NCBI GenBank assembly: GCA_024405635.1
Contig: JAKSOL010000009.1
Coordinates: forward strand, 46,491 to 110,490
Direction: 5' to 3'
Length of the DNA stretch: 64,000 nt
Origin: Salinivirgaceae bacterium
GTDB lineage: Bacteria > Bacteroidota > Bacteroidia > Bacteroidales > SZUA-534
This document shows positions 10,888 through 20,279 of this stretch, piece after piece. The notes under the pieces were generated by a model. That model saw only the letters and a list, made by a program, of their open reading frames with translations, was not told the origin of the DNA and did not search any database. Both the position numbers and the translations under genes were made by a program. The first letter of the stretch is position 1, and each line of letters starts with the position of its first letter.

Positions 10888-12797
10888 TTGTTCAAAAATA
10901 GCAAGTTATCGGCATTTTGCGAAAGTTGCTTGTTATCCATCATCCACCTAATAACTCGCAATAAAGTGTCGGGATTGTGGTTCAAACCATCAACTAAATC
11001 GGTTATCGTTTTTTTGCTATCGGCAAGACTTTGGCGAATATCCATTAGCATGGTTTCGAATTGCGCATTGCTGATGTCCAGAAAATTTTTGCGCAAACAA
11101 TGGTCGCATGTTCCGCACGGACGCACGTTGCTCATACCAAAATACTCAAGCAACATTTGCACACGGCATCGGTCGGCTGTGGCATACTTAACCACAGCGT
11201 TTATTTTTTCAACAAACAGTTTCTTTCTATCGAGATAAATGGACGGAGGGAAATACAGCGCCTCGGTTGCCAAACGCTCTTCGGTGAAATAAATTTGCGG
11301 TAGTTTTTTCTGCGGTATGTAGTCAATTATACGGTCGTGAGCAAGTTTTTTCAAGAACTCGTAAATCTGTTGTCGACCTATATTTTCCTTTTTCATGTTT
11401 TTGGCAAGTTGAGCCTCGTCAATAGGCCTATACTCGCTAAACAAACCTGTATAAGACCTCAACAACACGCGAATAAAATCTTCTTCGTCGGCATTAACTG
11501 ATTGATAGTTGTACAAATCGTCGCGATCAACAATAAACATAATTCGCGAGCTGTTTTTTGGATCGGCATCAAACTCCAAATAGCCAGCTTGTTGCAAAAT
11601 GCTAAGACTGCCCAAAGCAATGTTTGGTTCAACGTGAAATTTTTGAACAAAATCGGCCAAATTGAAATCGAACGAGCGGTCTTTTCCCCACTCGATTGGT
11701 ACTTGCAAATAGTCGCAAACTTTGTTGTAAACCTCGCGAACGGTTTGCAAATCGGGATAATTGTGGTCAACTCTTTGCGAAAGTTTTGACGAGTCGCGAT
11801 TTTGGTACAACATAACGGCATAGGCACGTTTTTCGTCGCGGCCACCACGTCCAGCCTCTTGAAAATAAGCCTCAAGCGAGTCGGGCAAATCAACATGAAT
11901 AACAAATCGCACATCGGGTTTGTCGATGCCCATGCCAAAAGCGTTGGTTGCAACAATAACTCGCGTGTTGCCCAATTTCCACTGAGTTTGTTTCAAATCG
12001 CGTTCTTCTGGCGACAATCCAGCATGATAAAAGTCGGCGCTTATTCCATTTTGGCAAAGAAAATCGGCATACTCTTTAGTGCGATTGCGGCTGCGAGCAT
12101 ACACTATTCCTGTACCGGGAATGGAGTTAATAATTTTAAGTACATACTGAGGTTTGTCTTCGGTTTGACGAACCATGTAAGTAAGGTTTGGACGCTCAAA
12201 ACTCTTGCGAAAAACATTTTTCTGCTTAAAATCTAATTGTTTTTGAATATCGTCAACCACTAGCGGAGTTGCTGTTGCAGTAACTGCTAGCACTGGAGCG
12301 TCGGGTATAAGTTTGCGTATTTGAGCAATTTGCAAATAATGTGGGCGGAAATCGTATCCCCATTGCGAGATGCAGTGAGCTTCGTCAATAGCCAAAAGAT
12401 TGACTTGCATGCGTTTCAAATGGTCGCGAAAAGCCGATGAGCTAAGACGCTCGGGCGAGCAATAGAGGAATTTGGTATCGGGGTCGTTGGCACAATTCTC
12501 GAGTGCAATTTTTATTTCCCACGACGACATTCCTGTGTAAATGGCGTAAGCTTTTATTCCGTGTGAGCGCAGATTTTCAACCTGATCTTTCATAAGCGCA
12601 ATAAGCGGCGTAACAACCACACACACACCACTTAAGGCCAATGCCGGCACCTGAAAAGTTATGGATTTGCCGCCACCCGTAGGCATTAGCGCAAGAGTAT
12701 CGCGCCCCTCGCCAACCGAAGTGATTATTTCTTCTTGTAGCGGGCGAAATGATTTATAACCCCAATATTTTTCAAGTATGTCGGTGTATTTACTCAA
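10884..12797 (-). CDS. recQ: RecQ family ATP-dependent DNA helicase
   Basis: MPTGGGKS, DEAHCISQWGYDFRP, ATNAFGMGIDKPDVR and QEAGRGGRD motifs; Zn-binding CR..CGTCDHC. Confidence 0.92.
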   Translation of the reverse strand: MSKYTDILEKYWGYKSFRPLQEEIITSVGEGRDTLALMPTGGGKSITFQVPALALSGVCVVVTPLIALMKDQVENLRSHGIKAYAIYTGMSSWEIKIALENCANDPDTKFLYCSPERLSSSAFRDHLKRMQVNLLAIDEAHCISQWGYDFRPHYLQIAQIRKLIPDAPVLAVTATATPLVVDDIQKQLDFKQKNVFRKSFERPNLTYMVRQTEDKPQYVLKIINSIPGTGIVYARSRNRTKEYADFLCQNGISADFYHAGLSPEERDLKQTQWKLGNTRVIVATNAFGMGIDKPDVRFVIHVDLPDSLEAYFQEAGRGGRDEKRAYAVMLYQNRDSSKLSQRVDHNYPDLQTVREVYNKVCDYLQVPIEWGKDRSFDFNLADFVQKFHVEPNIALGSLSILQQAGYLEFDADPKNSSRIMFIVDRDDLYNYQSVNADEEDFIRVLLRSYTGLFSEYRPIDEAQLAKNMKKENIGRQQIYEFLKKLAHDRIIDYIPQKKLPQIYFTEERLATEALYFPPSIYLDRKKLFVEKINAVVKYATADRCRVQMLLEYFGMSNVRPCGTCDHCLRKNFLDISNAQFETMLMDIRQSLADSKKTITDLVDGLNHNPDTLLRVIRWMMDNKQLSQNADNLLFLNK

Positions 12798-12874
12798 CTT
12801 TGCTTTCTATTTCTGATTCGCGATTAACCAATTAGCAAACGGTTATTATTCTGCCAATTGCGCTCGTCAAATTA

Positions 12875-13600
12875 TTACTTGCGACCAATATAAATGGCAG
12901 CAATGCCCATTGAAAGTACTTTGTAAGTAACGTTGCTGAAACCACAACGCAGCATTATATCGGCAAAATTGTCGTATTGCGGAAAAGCCTGAACCGACTC
13001 GGGCAAGTATGTGTATGCACGGTCGTCGTTTGACACCATACGGCCAATTACAGGCAAAATGTACTTAAAGTAAAACTTGTATAATTGTTTAACAGGGAAA
13101 CGGCGCGGCATTGTAAATTCAAGCACCACACAAACGCCATCTTTGGCCAAAATTCGGTGCATTTGTTTCAAACCAGCCTCAAGATTCTCAAAGTTACGAG
13201 CGCCAAACGAAACTGTTGTTGCATCAAACTCGCCATCGGCAAACGGCAGATTTTCGGCATCGCCTTTTTGTAAACCAATAATATTTTGCAATCCGCGTTT
13301 TGCAACCTTTTCGCGACCAATAGCCAACATGTTTTCCGACAAATCGATGCCAACAATTTGTTTAGCCTGAGTTTTGGTAAGGGCAATGGCAAGATCGGCG
13401 GTGCCGGTTGCCACATCAAGAACACGTGTTGGTGCGTATTTGCCCACAATTTTCACCACTTTGCGACGCCAAATTTTATCGATGTTGAGCGATAGTGTAT
13501 GGTTTAGCAAATCGTAGTGAGTGGCAATGCTATCAAACATTCCCTCAACCTGAACTTTTTTCGAATCGCTATTATTGCTATTTGGTAGGACTGTTGCCAT
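12875..13600 (-). CDS. menG: Demethylmenaquinone methyltransferase (UbiE/MenG)
   Basis: MFDSIATHYDLLNH, LDVATGTADLA, GDAENLPF and AYTYLPESV motifs. Confidence 0.93.
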   Translation of the reverse strand: MATVLPNSNNSDSKKVQVEGMFDSIATHYDLLNHTLSLNIDKIWRRKVVKIVGKYAPTRVLDVATGTADLAIALTKTQAKQIVGIDLSENMLAIGREKVAKRGLQNIIGLQKGDAENLPFADGEFDATTVSFGARNFENLEAGLKQMHRILAKDGVCVVLEFTMPRRFPVKQLYKFYFKYILPVIGRMVSNDDRAYTYLPESVQAFPQYDNFADIMLRCGFSNVTYKVLSMGIAAIYIGRK

Positions 13601-13619
13601 TTGTATAAATTATTTATAA

Positions 13620-14024
13620 TCAATACATTTCGTATTGATATGTTTTTCGTTTCTTAATTTTTCCTTTTGCACCAAATTCCGATTTTTCAATTCTCAATCG
13701 GCCATTGTATTTATATTCAACCTTATCGTCAATGGTACCGTCGGGATTGTAAATAATGTCTGAAATGTGGTTGCCTTCAGCGTCGTAAGAACTCACTGTG
13801 CGGCTTTTAACTTTGCCATTATCTTCAAACTCAATTTCTTCAACGGCATTGCCATTTTGGTCGAATGTTGTTACCGATTTTTTAATCTTTTTGGGCTCTT
13901 TGCCGTCTTTTTCAAAAACCTCTTCGTACTCGGTAACTGTTTTTACATTGGCATAACGTTTTTGCGCGTTTGCCGCACCCGAAACAACCAAAAAGAAGAA
14001 GAGTAATGCAAATAGTTTTTTCAT
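13620..14024 (-). CDS. Hypothetical secreted protein with YD-like beta-hairpin repeats
   Basis: Signal peptide; FDQNGN / YDAEGN / YNPDG repeats. Confidence 0.65.
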   Translation of the reverse strand: MKKLFALLFFFLVVSGAANAQKRYANVKTVTEYEEVFEKDGKEPKKIKKSVTTFDQNGNAVEEIEFEDNGKVKSRTVSSYDAEGNHISDIIYNPDGTIDDKVEYKYNGRLRIEKSEFGAKGKIKKRKTYQYEMY

Positions 14025-14027
14025 AAA

Positions 14028-14858
14028 TTATTTATTTTCCAGGCTTTTAGCCTCGTTCCAATACTTATCCATTTCGGCTAAATCGCAATCGCGCAATTGT
14101 TTGCCTTGCTCTTTAATTTTTTGTTCAACGTAGTTAAACCGGCGCAAGAACTTTTGGTTTGTTCGCTCAAGTGCATCTTCGGGATTGATTTTGTATAAAC
14201 GGCCAGCGTTTACAAGGCTGAACAAAAGGTCGCCAAACTCGTTTTTTGCAGCCTCCGACTTTGGATTGGCTTGCATTTCAGCACTAAACTCAGCAAGTTC
14301 TTCGTTTACCTTATCCCACACTTGCTCAGGTTTTTCCCAATCGAAACCGCTGCTGCTGGTTTTTTCTTGCATGCGATAGGCTTTAACCAATGCAGGCAAA
14401 CTGGCGGGCACACCCTCAAGAACATTGCTTTTACGGCCTTTTTCTTTCAGTTTCAATTGTTCCCAATTACGCGACACGTCGTCGGCTGTGGGCGCATTTA
14501 CACCGCCAAACACATGCGGATGCCTGTATATCATTTTTTGATTAAGCGCATCAATCACATCGGCAATGTCAAACTCGCTTTGTTCGTCGGCAATTTTTGC
14601 GTAAAAAATAATGTGCAACAACACATCGCCCAGTTCTTTTTTAATATCGGGCATGTTTTTCGATATAATAGCATCGGCAAGTTCGTATGTTTCCTCAATA
14701 GTAAGCGTGCGCAGTGAGTCGAAAGTTTGACTGCCGTCCCAAGGACATTTTGCACGCAATTCGTCCATTATGTCAAGCAGTTTATTAAATTCTTGTAGCT
14801 GATGCGCTCTTTTTTGGGGAACATTCATCACCAACTCTGTAGTTTCGGTATTATTCAT
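14028..14858 (-). CDS. mazG: Nucleoside triphosphate pyrophosphohydrolase MazG
   Basis: LRAKCPWD, EETYEL, ELGDVLLHI, RHPHVFG and EFGDLLFS motifs. Confidence 0.95.
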   Translation of the reverse strand: MNNTETTELVMNVPQKRAHQLQEFNKLLDIMDELRAKCPWDGSQTFDSLRTLTIEETYELADAIISKNMPDIKKELGDVLLHIIFYAKIADEQSEFDIADVIDALNQKMIYRHPHVFGGVNAPTADDVSRNWEQLKLKEKGRKSNVLEGVPASLPALVKAYRMQEKTSSSGFDWEKPEQVWDKVNEELAEFSAEMQANPKSEAAKNEFGDLLFSLVNAGRLYKINPEDALERTNQKFLRRFNYVEQKIKEQGKQLRDCDLAEMDKYWNEAKSLENK

Positions 14859-15675
14859 TTGTCATAAAAATATAATCGTTCAACCTATCGGGGCAAACAA
14901 CTGTAACTGAGTCGTTTATGTCAACGTTTATCAGTCGGGCCAAGTTGTCGTGTTTTATGCCAATTTCAATCAAGCCAAGCTTATTTACAAGAGCAAACAT
15001 TTCGCCCGACTTGACGTTGCTATAGAGTTTTGACACATGGTTAACGTCAAAACCAACGGCTTTATTAATCATCAATTTGCAATTTTCAATCACAAAACCA
15101 CAATTGACGAGTGTTTCGCAAGTAATGTTTGTAAAAATATTGCCATACGAGTCAATATGAATGATGCTTGCCGATATGCGTTCGCCATCAAAAGCTGGCA
15201 TAAATCCGCGCCAATCAATTTCGGAGGTTATGTCGGTTCCAAGTTCTTCAATGTTGTAACCATTTGACAGCATAATGGCTGTGCTAGCAATAACATCAAA
15301 ATCAGGAAAAGTTGAATTCATCATGTCGTCGTCAAAAACCTCAATACGCACAATGCGTTCGGGCCGACTACTGAAAATTGCGCGAATGGCAGCCATGCCG
15401 CAGGCGATAAAAAACTGACCTTTTTCCATAACGCACAAAGGCTGTTTGTCGGCAGTTATTTCGGTATTGACGCAAATAAGATGAATGGTTCCCTCTTGGT
15501 AGTATTTATAGCAGCCACGCAAAACCAATCCGGCTGTGCTATCGTGAAAACTTTTAATGCTGTTTGTTATTTCAACAACCTGAATATCTGAGCAATACGA
15601 ATACAATTGACCTTTTATGGCTCCTGCATAATAGTCGCCACCGTTCCAGTCTGATGTAAGCGTAATTGTTCTCAT
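14851..15675 (-). CDS. SAM hydroxide adenosyltransferase / fluorinase-like (DUF62) protein
   Basis: TLTSDW..DYYAGAIKG, GTIHLICVN, IHIDSYGNIFTNI and GLIEIGI motifs. Confidence 0.8.
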   Translation of the reverse strand: MRTITLTSDWNGGDYYAGAIKGQLYSYCSDIQVVEITNSIKSFHDSTAGLVLRGCYKYYQEGTIHLICVNTEITADKQPLCVMEKGQFFIACGMAAIRAIFSSRPERIVRIEVFDDDMMNSTFPDFDVIASTAIMLSNGYNIEELGTDITSEIDWRGFMPAFDGERISASIIHIDSYGNIFTNITCETLVNCGFVIENCKLMINKAVGFDVNHVSKLYSNVKSGEMFALVNKLGLIEIGIKHDNLARLINVDINDSVTVVCPDRLNDYIFMTNE

Positions 15676-15736
15676 TTGCACATTATAGTAGTGGCAAATA
15701 TACTACTTACAAACTAGCAAAACCAAAGCAAAATAC

Positions 15737-16534
15737 TCAAACGGATTTCTTGGCAGCCAACTCTCTTTTTGCAAACCGATATTGATACATGATTTTTGCC
15801 GAACCCAATGTTACAAAGTATTGCAGTACAGCCAATAGCAAGCCAACCACAATGAATCCCCAAAACAAGAAATTTGGTTTCAACATTATGCCCGAAATTG
15901 AGAAAAGATAATCGGATATATTAGCTAAATCGCTAAACATCAACAATATGCCTATAGCCTGAATTACCAACAACGTAACCGAGGTAAAAATAGCTACTTG
16001 GGTTGATGCAGCATAAGCCCGTTTTTTTGTTAATCCAGGACTTAAATACCTAAACGACACATAGTTACCAGCTACTATACCAAGAAAAACATTGGCAAAA
16101 GGCAAACCCATAGCCAATCCCATAAGAAACACCGAAACGTAAACGTAAATGATGCCTAAAATCCATTTGTTTACTGTAAAAAACGGGCTTCCTGCAAGCA
16201 ACGACCAATCTATTAATACTCCAACTACAAAACCTGCAGTACCTATAAGCAATACTCCAATTGGAGGAAAAAAAAGCGAAGCTATAGCAACTGTTATAAA
16301 AGTTGTGAAAAATGGAGCAAGAGCCCAATAGAAGAAAATTGAGAATAGTTTAGGAAAATAGCAAACCACGTCGAGTAACACACCTAGAGCAACACCCATT
16401 GCTGCCACTCGCCACGATGGCACATCGTTTCCGTTATACAAACGCAAATTCCACACAGCAACCCCACAAACCACTGGCAACACAAGTGCCAACAGCAGTA
16501 CTTTAAGCCTCAACTTCCATCCTATTGTTTGCAT
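15737..16534 (-). CDS. Hypothetical polytopic membrane protein
   Basis: 265-aa ORF with many hydrophobic segments; family not recognised. Confidence 0.7.
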   Translation of the reverse strand: MQTIGWKLRLKVLLLALVLPVVCGVAVWNLRLYNGNDVPSWRVAAMGVALGVLLDVVCYFPKLFSIFFYWALAPFFTTFITVAIASLFFPPIGVLLIGTAGFVVGVLIDWSLLAGSPFFTVNKWILGIIYVYVSVFLMGLAMGLPFANVFLGIVAGNYVSFRYLSPGLTKKRAYAASTQVAIFTSVTLLVIQAIGILLMFSDLANISDYLFSISGIMLKPNFLFWGFIVVGLLLAVLQYFVTLGSAKIMYQYRFAKRELAAKKSV

Positions 16535-16618
16535 TTTTTAACAATCTAACGAGCCACAAAAATAAAAGCATTTGCACCATTTTTAATACTTTCGCAACTC
16601 ACTTAACACAAAAGAAAT

Positions 16619-16990
16619 ATGACAATTGGAACTTTTATCGGACTAATACTTATTGGTATTGTAACTGGTGCATTATCAGGCATTTTAGGAATTGGAGGCG
16701 GGATTGTAATGATTCCCGCAATGGTTTATTTTCTTGGATTTTCGCAACAAGAATCGGCCGCCACTAGTTTGGCCATTATGCTTCCTCCTATCAGTATTTT
16801 TGCAGTAATGAACTATTGGAAAGCTGGCATGGTTAACATTAAAGTTGCTTTGATAATGATGACCGCCTTTATGATTGGTAGTTATTACTCATCAAAATTG
16901 GCCATTATACTTCCCGAGCATTACATTAAGAAAGGCTTTGCCATTTTATTGGCTTTCACCGCAGTACGAATGTTTCTTGATAATAAATAG
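16619..16990 (+). CDS. TauE/SafE (sulfite exporter family) half-size membrane protein
   Basis: GALSGILGIGGGIVMIPAM and AATSLA motifs. Confidence 0.85.
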   Translation: MTIGTFIGLILIGIVTGALSGILGIGGGIVMIPAMVYFLGFSQQESAATSLAIMLPPISIFAVMNYWKAGMVNIKVALIMMTAFMIGSYYSSKLAIILPEHYIKKGFAILLAFTAVRMFLDNK

Positions 16991-17027
16991 TGCGTTTACA
17001 CCGCATTATTTGTTTTGATATGAAAAT

Positions 17028-17140
17028 AAAAAAAGCGAGACGGAAAACCGTCACGCCCCAAACCATTTATATGAAAAAAAACTATCTCCGAAGAAACTCT
17101 TTAGGGAACCTTAACTTTACGTTTCGTATCCCCTTGTTTT
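17028..17140 (-). ncRNA. Candidate small RNA of about 110 nt
   Basis: A minus-strand TATATTTG -7 element (17147-17154) and a terminator GCGTGACGG-TTTT-CCGTCTCGC-T7 (17028-17056) bracket a region with no sizeable ORF. Confidence 0.55.
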
Positions 17141-17316
17141 CTGAGACAAATATACGGCGACATTAAACACCCACCTATAAAAGATTTATACGCTAACGTT
17201 TGCATAAATTCTATTTAACAATAATCTTTTAGCAAAACCCACTGATTTGCAAGTAGTTGCACTAATGCAAACGTGCGCATAAAAAGTTGCATAAACCAAA
17301 ACGAAAAACATACAAA

Positions 17317-17718
17317 ATGAGCACACCATTTGAATTAACCATGAAAGTACGCGACTACGAGTGCGATATGGAAGGCATTGTGAACAACGCAGTGTACCAA
17401 AACTACCTTGAGCATACACGTCACGAAATGATTTTGTCGCGTGGCATAAGTTTTGCCGAACTTGTTGAACAACAAATACATGTTGTAGTTGCACGCGCCG
17501 ACATTCGCTACAAATCGCCTTTGCGTAGCCGCGACGAATTTGTTGTTACTTGCAGCGCCAGAGTTGAAGGTTTGAAAATATTTTTTGATCAAGAAGTGCG
17601 ACAACTACCCGACCGCAAACTTTGCGTTCAAGCAACTTTCACTTGCGCAGCTTTGGTAAATGGTCGGTTGGCAGCAATTCCTGAGCTAACCAACAAACTA
17701 ATTGATGTCGCTGATTGA
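17317..17718 (+). CDS. Acyl-CoA thioesterase (YbgC/FadM hot-dog family)
   Basis: VRDYECDMEGIVNNAVYQNYLEHTR and IRYKSPLRSRD motifs. Confidence 0.9.
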   Translation: MSTPFELTMKVRDYECDMEGIVNNAVYQNYLEHTRHEMILSRGISFAELVEQQIHVVVARADIRYKSPLRSRDEFVVTCSARVEGLKIFFDQEVRQLPDRKLCVQATFTCAALVNGRLAAIPELTNKLIDVAD

Positions 17719-18358
17719 CATACATACACACTCGCCCAAGGACTGTATTTGTTTGGTTAACCACAACAATTGGGAAACCGAGCCTGCACTTCCGTTTTGT
17801 TCGGCTGGAATTCATCCGTGGGACATTGATAAAACCGACATTGACCTTGCCTTAAAACAACTTGACCTTTGGGCAAAAAAAGGAACCATTGCCGCCATTG
17901 GCGAAATTGGCATTGACCACTGCATAAAAACATCAACACAGTTGCAACTTGATGTCTTTTTACGTCAAGCTGAAATTGCTAATCAATACAAATTGCCTTG
18001 CATAATTCATTGTGTTAAAGCTTATTCCGATTTTGAATCGATACTAAAACAAAATCCAGCACACACACCTTGGATTTTTCACGGATTTGCATCATCGACG
18101 CAAATGGCAAGCAGCATTACTCAAAAAGGATGTTACATTTCAATTGGACATAAAGTTCTAAAAAACACCAACTTACAAAACGTAATTAAACACATACAAC
18201 ACAACAAATTGTTTTTTGAAACCGACGAAAGCGCAACAAACATCAAAGAGATTTACAACCTTTGCGCTCAGTTGCTCGAAATTAGCATTGACCAACTTGA
18301 AGAAATAATTTACAACAACCTACAAACTGTATTCGGCAATGGAAAGAAATTGGCTTGA
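17705..18358 (+). CDS. TatD family hydrolase
   Basis: IDIHTH, GIHPW, AIGEIGID, IHCVKA, IFHGF and FETD motifs. Confidence 0.9.
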   Translation: MSLIDIHTHSPKDCICLVNHNNWETEPALPFCSAGIHPWDIDKTDIDLALKQLDLWAKKGTIAAIGEIGIDHCIKTSTQLQLDVFLRQAEIANQYKLPCIIHCVKAYSDFESILKQNPAHTPWIFHGFASSTQMASSITQKGCYISIGHKVLKNTNLQNVIKHIQHNKLFFETDESATNIKEIYNLCAQLLEISIDQLEEIIYNNLQTVFGNGKKLA

Positions 18359-19064
18359 ACGCACCGAATTGTTAATTGGCAAAGAAAAACTGCAAGCGTT
18401 AACAACTAAGCACGTTTTAATTGTAGGTCTTGGCGGTGTTGGTGCCTATGCAGCCGAAAGCATTACACGCGCTGGCATTGGCGAACTTACCATTGTTGAC
18501 GGCGACAGCCTTAACATCAGCAATATAAACCGACAATTGCCCGCACTGCATAGCACCATTGGTATGCCCAAAGCCGAAGTTATGGCAAACCGATTGCGTG
18601 ATATTAATCCCGAATTGAAACTCCACGTAATAAACTCGTATATAAAAGACGACGAAATGATTGACCTGCTCAACAACAAATACGACTATGTTGTTGATGC
18701 AATTGACACAATTTCGCCAAAACTTTTCCTAATAATACACTGTGTAAACCGCAACCTACCCATTGTAAGTTGCATGGGCGCAGGCGGTCGCCTAAATCCC
18801 GCTTTGGTTCAAGTGGCCGACATAAGCAAAAGCTACAACTGCACACTTGCCCGCGCCATTCGCAAGCGATTGCATCAACACGGAATAAACAAAGGCATAA
18901 GAGTTGTATTCTCGTCGGAAAAGGTTGACAAAGCCGTTGTGCAAGAGGTTGAAAACGAACAAAACAAGAAAACAACCGTTGGCACCATTTCGTACATGAC
19001 GGCAATATTTGGATTGTATTGCGCAGCCGAGGTAATTCAGAATTTGCTTGCCTCTGAAAATTAG
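18339..19064 (+). CDS. tcdA: tRNA threonylcarbamoyladenosine dehydratase (ThiF family)
   Basis: VGLGGVGAYAAE, SNINRQL, VVDAID, MGAGGR and GTISYM motifs. Confidence 0.9.
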   Translation: MERNWLERTELLIGKEKLQALTTKHVLIVGLGGVGAYAAESITRAGIGELTIVDGDSLNISNINRQLPALHSTIGMPKAEVMANRLRDINPELKLHVINSYIKDDEMIDLLNNKYDYVVDAIDTISPKLFLIIHCVNRNLPIVSCMGAGGRLNPALVQVADISKSYNCTLARAIRKRLHQHGINKGIRVVFSSEKVDKAVVQEVENEQNKKTTVGTISYMTAIFGLYCAAEVIQNLLASEN

Positions 19065-19069
19065 CAGCA

Positions 19070-20098
19070 CTATCCTTTTTTCTTCTCAAGCAACTCTTTT
19101 GTCGATAACAAACCGCACGCAGCTTGAATATCTTGTCCGCGCGATGCTCGTATTGTTGTAAGCAGTCCACGTGCATTAAGCGCATCTTTAAACTCTTGCA
19201 TTCGTTGGTCAGAACTGCCACGGAAAGGGCTGTTTGGAATGTCGTGAAAATGAATAAGATTTACTCTGCAATCAATTCCATTTAGCAATCGCACAAGCTC
19301 AGCAACATGCTTTGGAGTATCGTTTAATCCATCAAACATAATGTACTCAAACGACACGCGGCGCTGAGGTTCAAATTTGTAACCACGAATTTTCTCAATC
19401 ACTTGCTCAATGCCGTATGCTTTTTCAACAGGCATCATCTGGCTTCGTTGCGCAGCAATAGGATTGTGCAAGCTAACAGCCAAGTGGCACTTGCTTTTTT
19501 GCAAAAACTCCATCATTCCCGGAATAACGCCAACAGTTGATACTGTAATACGTTTGGAACTCATTGCATAACCCCAATCCGAAGTTAGCACCTCAAGAGC
19601 CGACATTACTTCAGCTAGATTATCGAATGGTTCGCCCATGCCCATAAAAACAAGGTTCGATACTTGCTCAAACTCATCGATGCTACGAATTTGGTTCAAT
19701 ATTTCGGTGGCTGTAAGGCTAGCTTGAAAACCTTGCTTGGCTGTCATACAAAAATGGCAACCCATTTTGCATCCAACTTGCGACGACACACAAACCGTGC
19801 GGCGATCGTCGTCGGGAATCATTGCCGTTTCAATAAAATTGTTGTTAAGCGCTGCAAACAAATACTTGCGAGTACCATCAACACTTTGCTGAACTTTCAA
19901 ATACGGCTGCAATCCAACTTCGTAATTCAACTTTAGTTTTTCGCGACCTTGTTTTGAAATATTACTGAAATCGTCAATTGAAGTTGCATGTTTTTTATAA
20001 AGCCAATCGGCCATTTGTTTTGCAGCAAACGATGGCAGTCCAACTTGCACTGCCACTTCCTTCAGTTGATTAAGAGTAAAGCCAAAAAGCGATTGCAT
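19070..20098 (-). CDS. rlmN: 23S rRNA/tRNA m2A radical-SAM methyltransferase
   Basis: CVSSQVGCKMGCHFC, VFMGMGEP and RGQDIQAACG motifs. Confidence 0.95.
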   Translation of the reverse strand: MQSLFGFTLNQLKEVAVQVGLPSFAAKQMADWLYKKHATSIDDFSNISKQGREKLKLNYEVGLQPYLKVQQSVDGTRKYLFAALNNNFIETAMIPDDDRRTVCVSSQVGCKMGCHFCMTAKQGFQASLTATEILNQIRSIDEFEQVSNLVFMGMGEPFDNLAEVMSALEVLTSDWGYAMSSKRITVSTVGVIPGMMEFLQKSKCHLAVSLHNPIAAQRSQMMPVEKAYGIEQVIEKIRGYKFEPQRRVSFEYIMFDGLNDTPKHVAELVRLLNGIDCRVNLIHFHDIPNSPFRGSSDQRMQEFKDALNARGLLTTIRASRGQDIQAACGLLSTKELLEKKKG

Positions 20099-20279
20099 AA
20101 TGCCATTTTTAGTGTGGCACAAAAGTAAACTTTATTTTGCCTTTGCACATGCATTACTAAGTTGGTGTTTTAGTTTGCTTTATCGGCAGCATCTGAGTGG
20201 TTGTGTGGGCATTTTTTCTATTTTAGGCGAAAAAACTCCACATTGAGTTTTGTTGTTGAAAACGATGTTTTACCAACTT

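Noticed and set aside
14028-14858. MazG as an anti-phage or toxin-antitoxin component
   Set aside because: It is the two-domain housekeeping type in a core operon, with no mazEF nearby.
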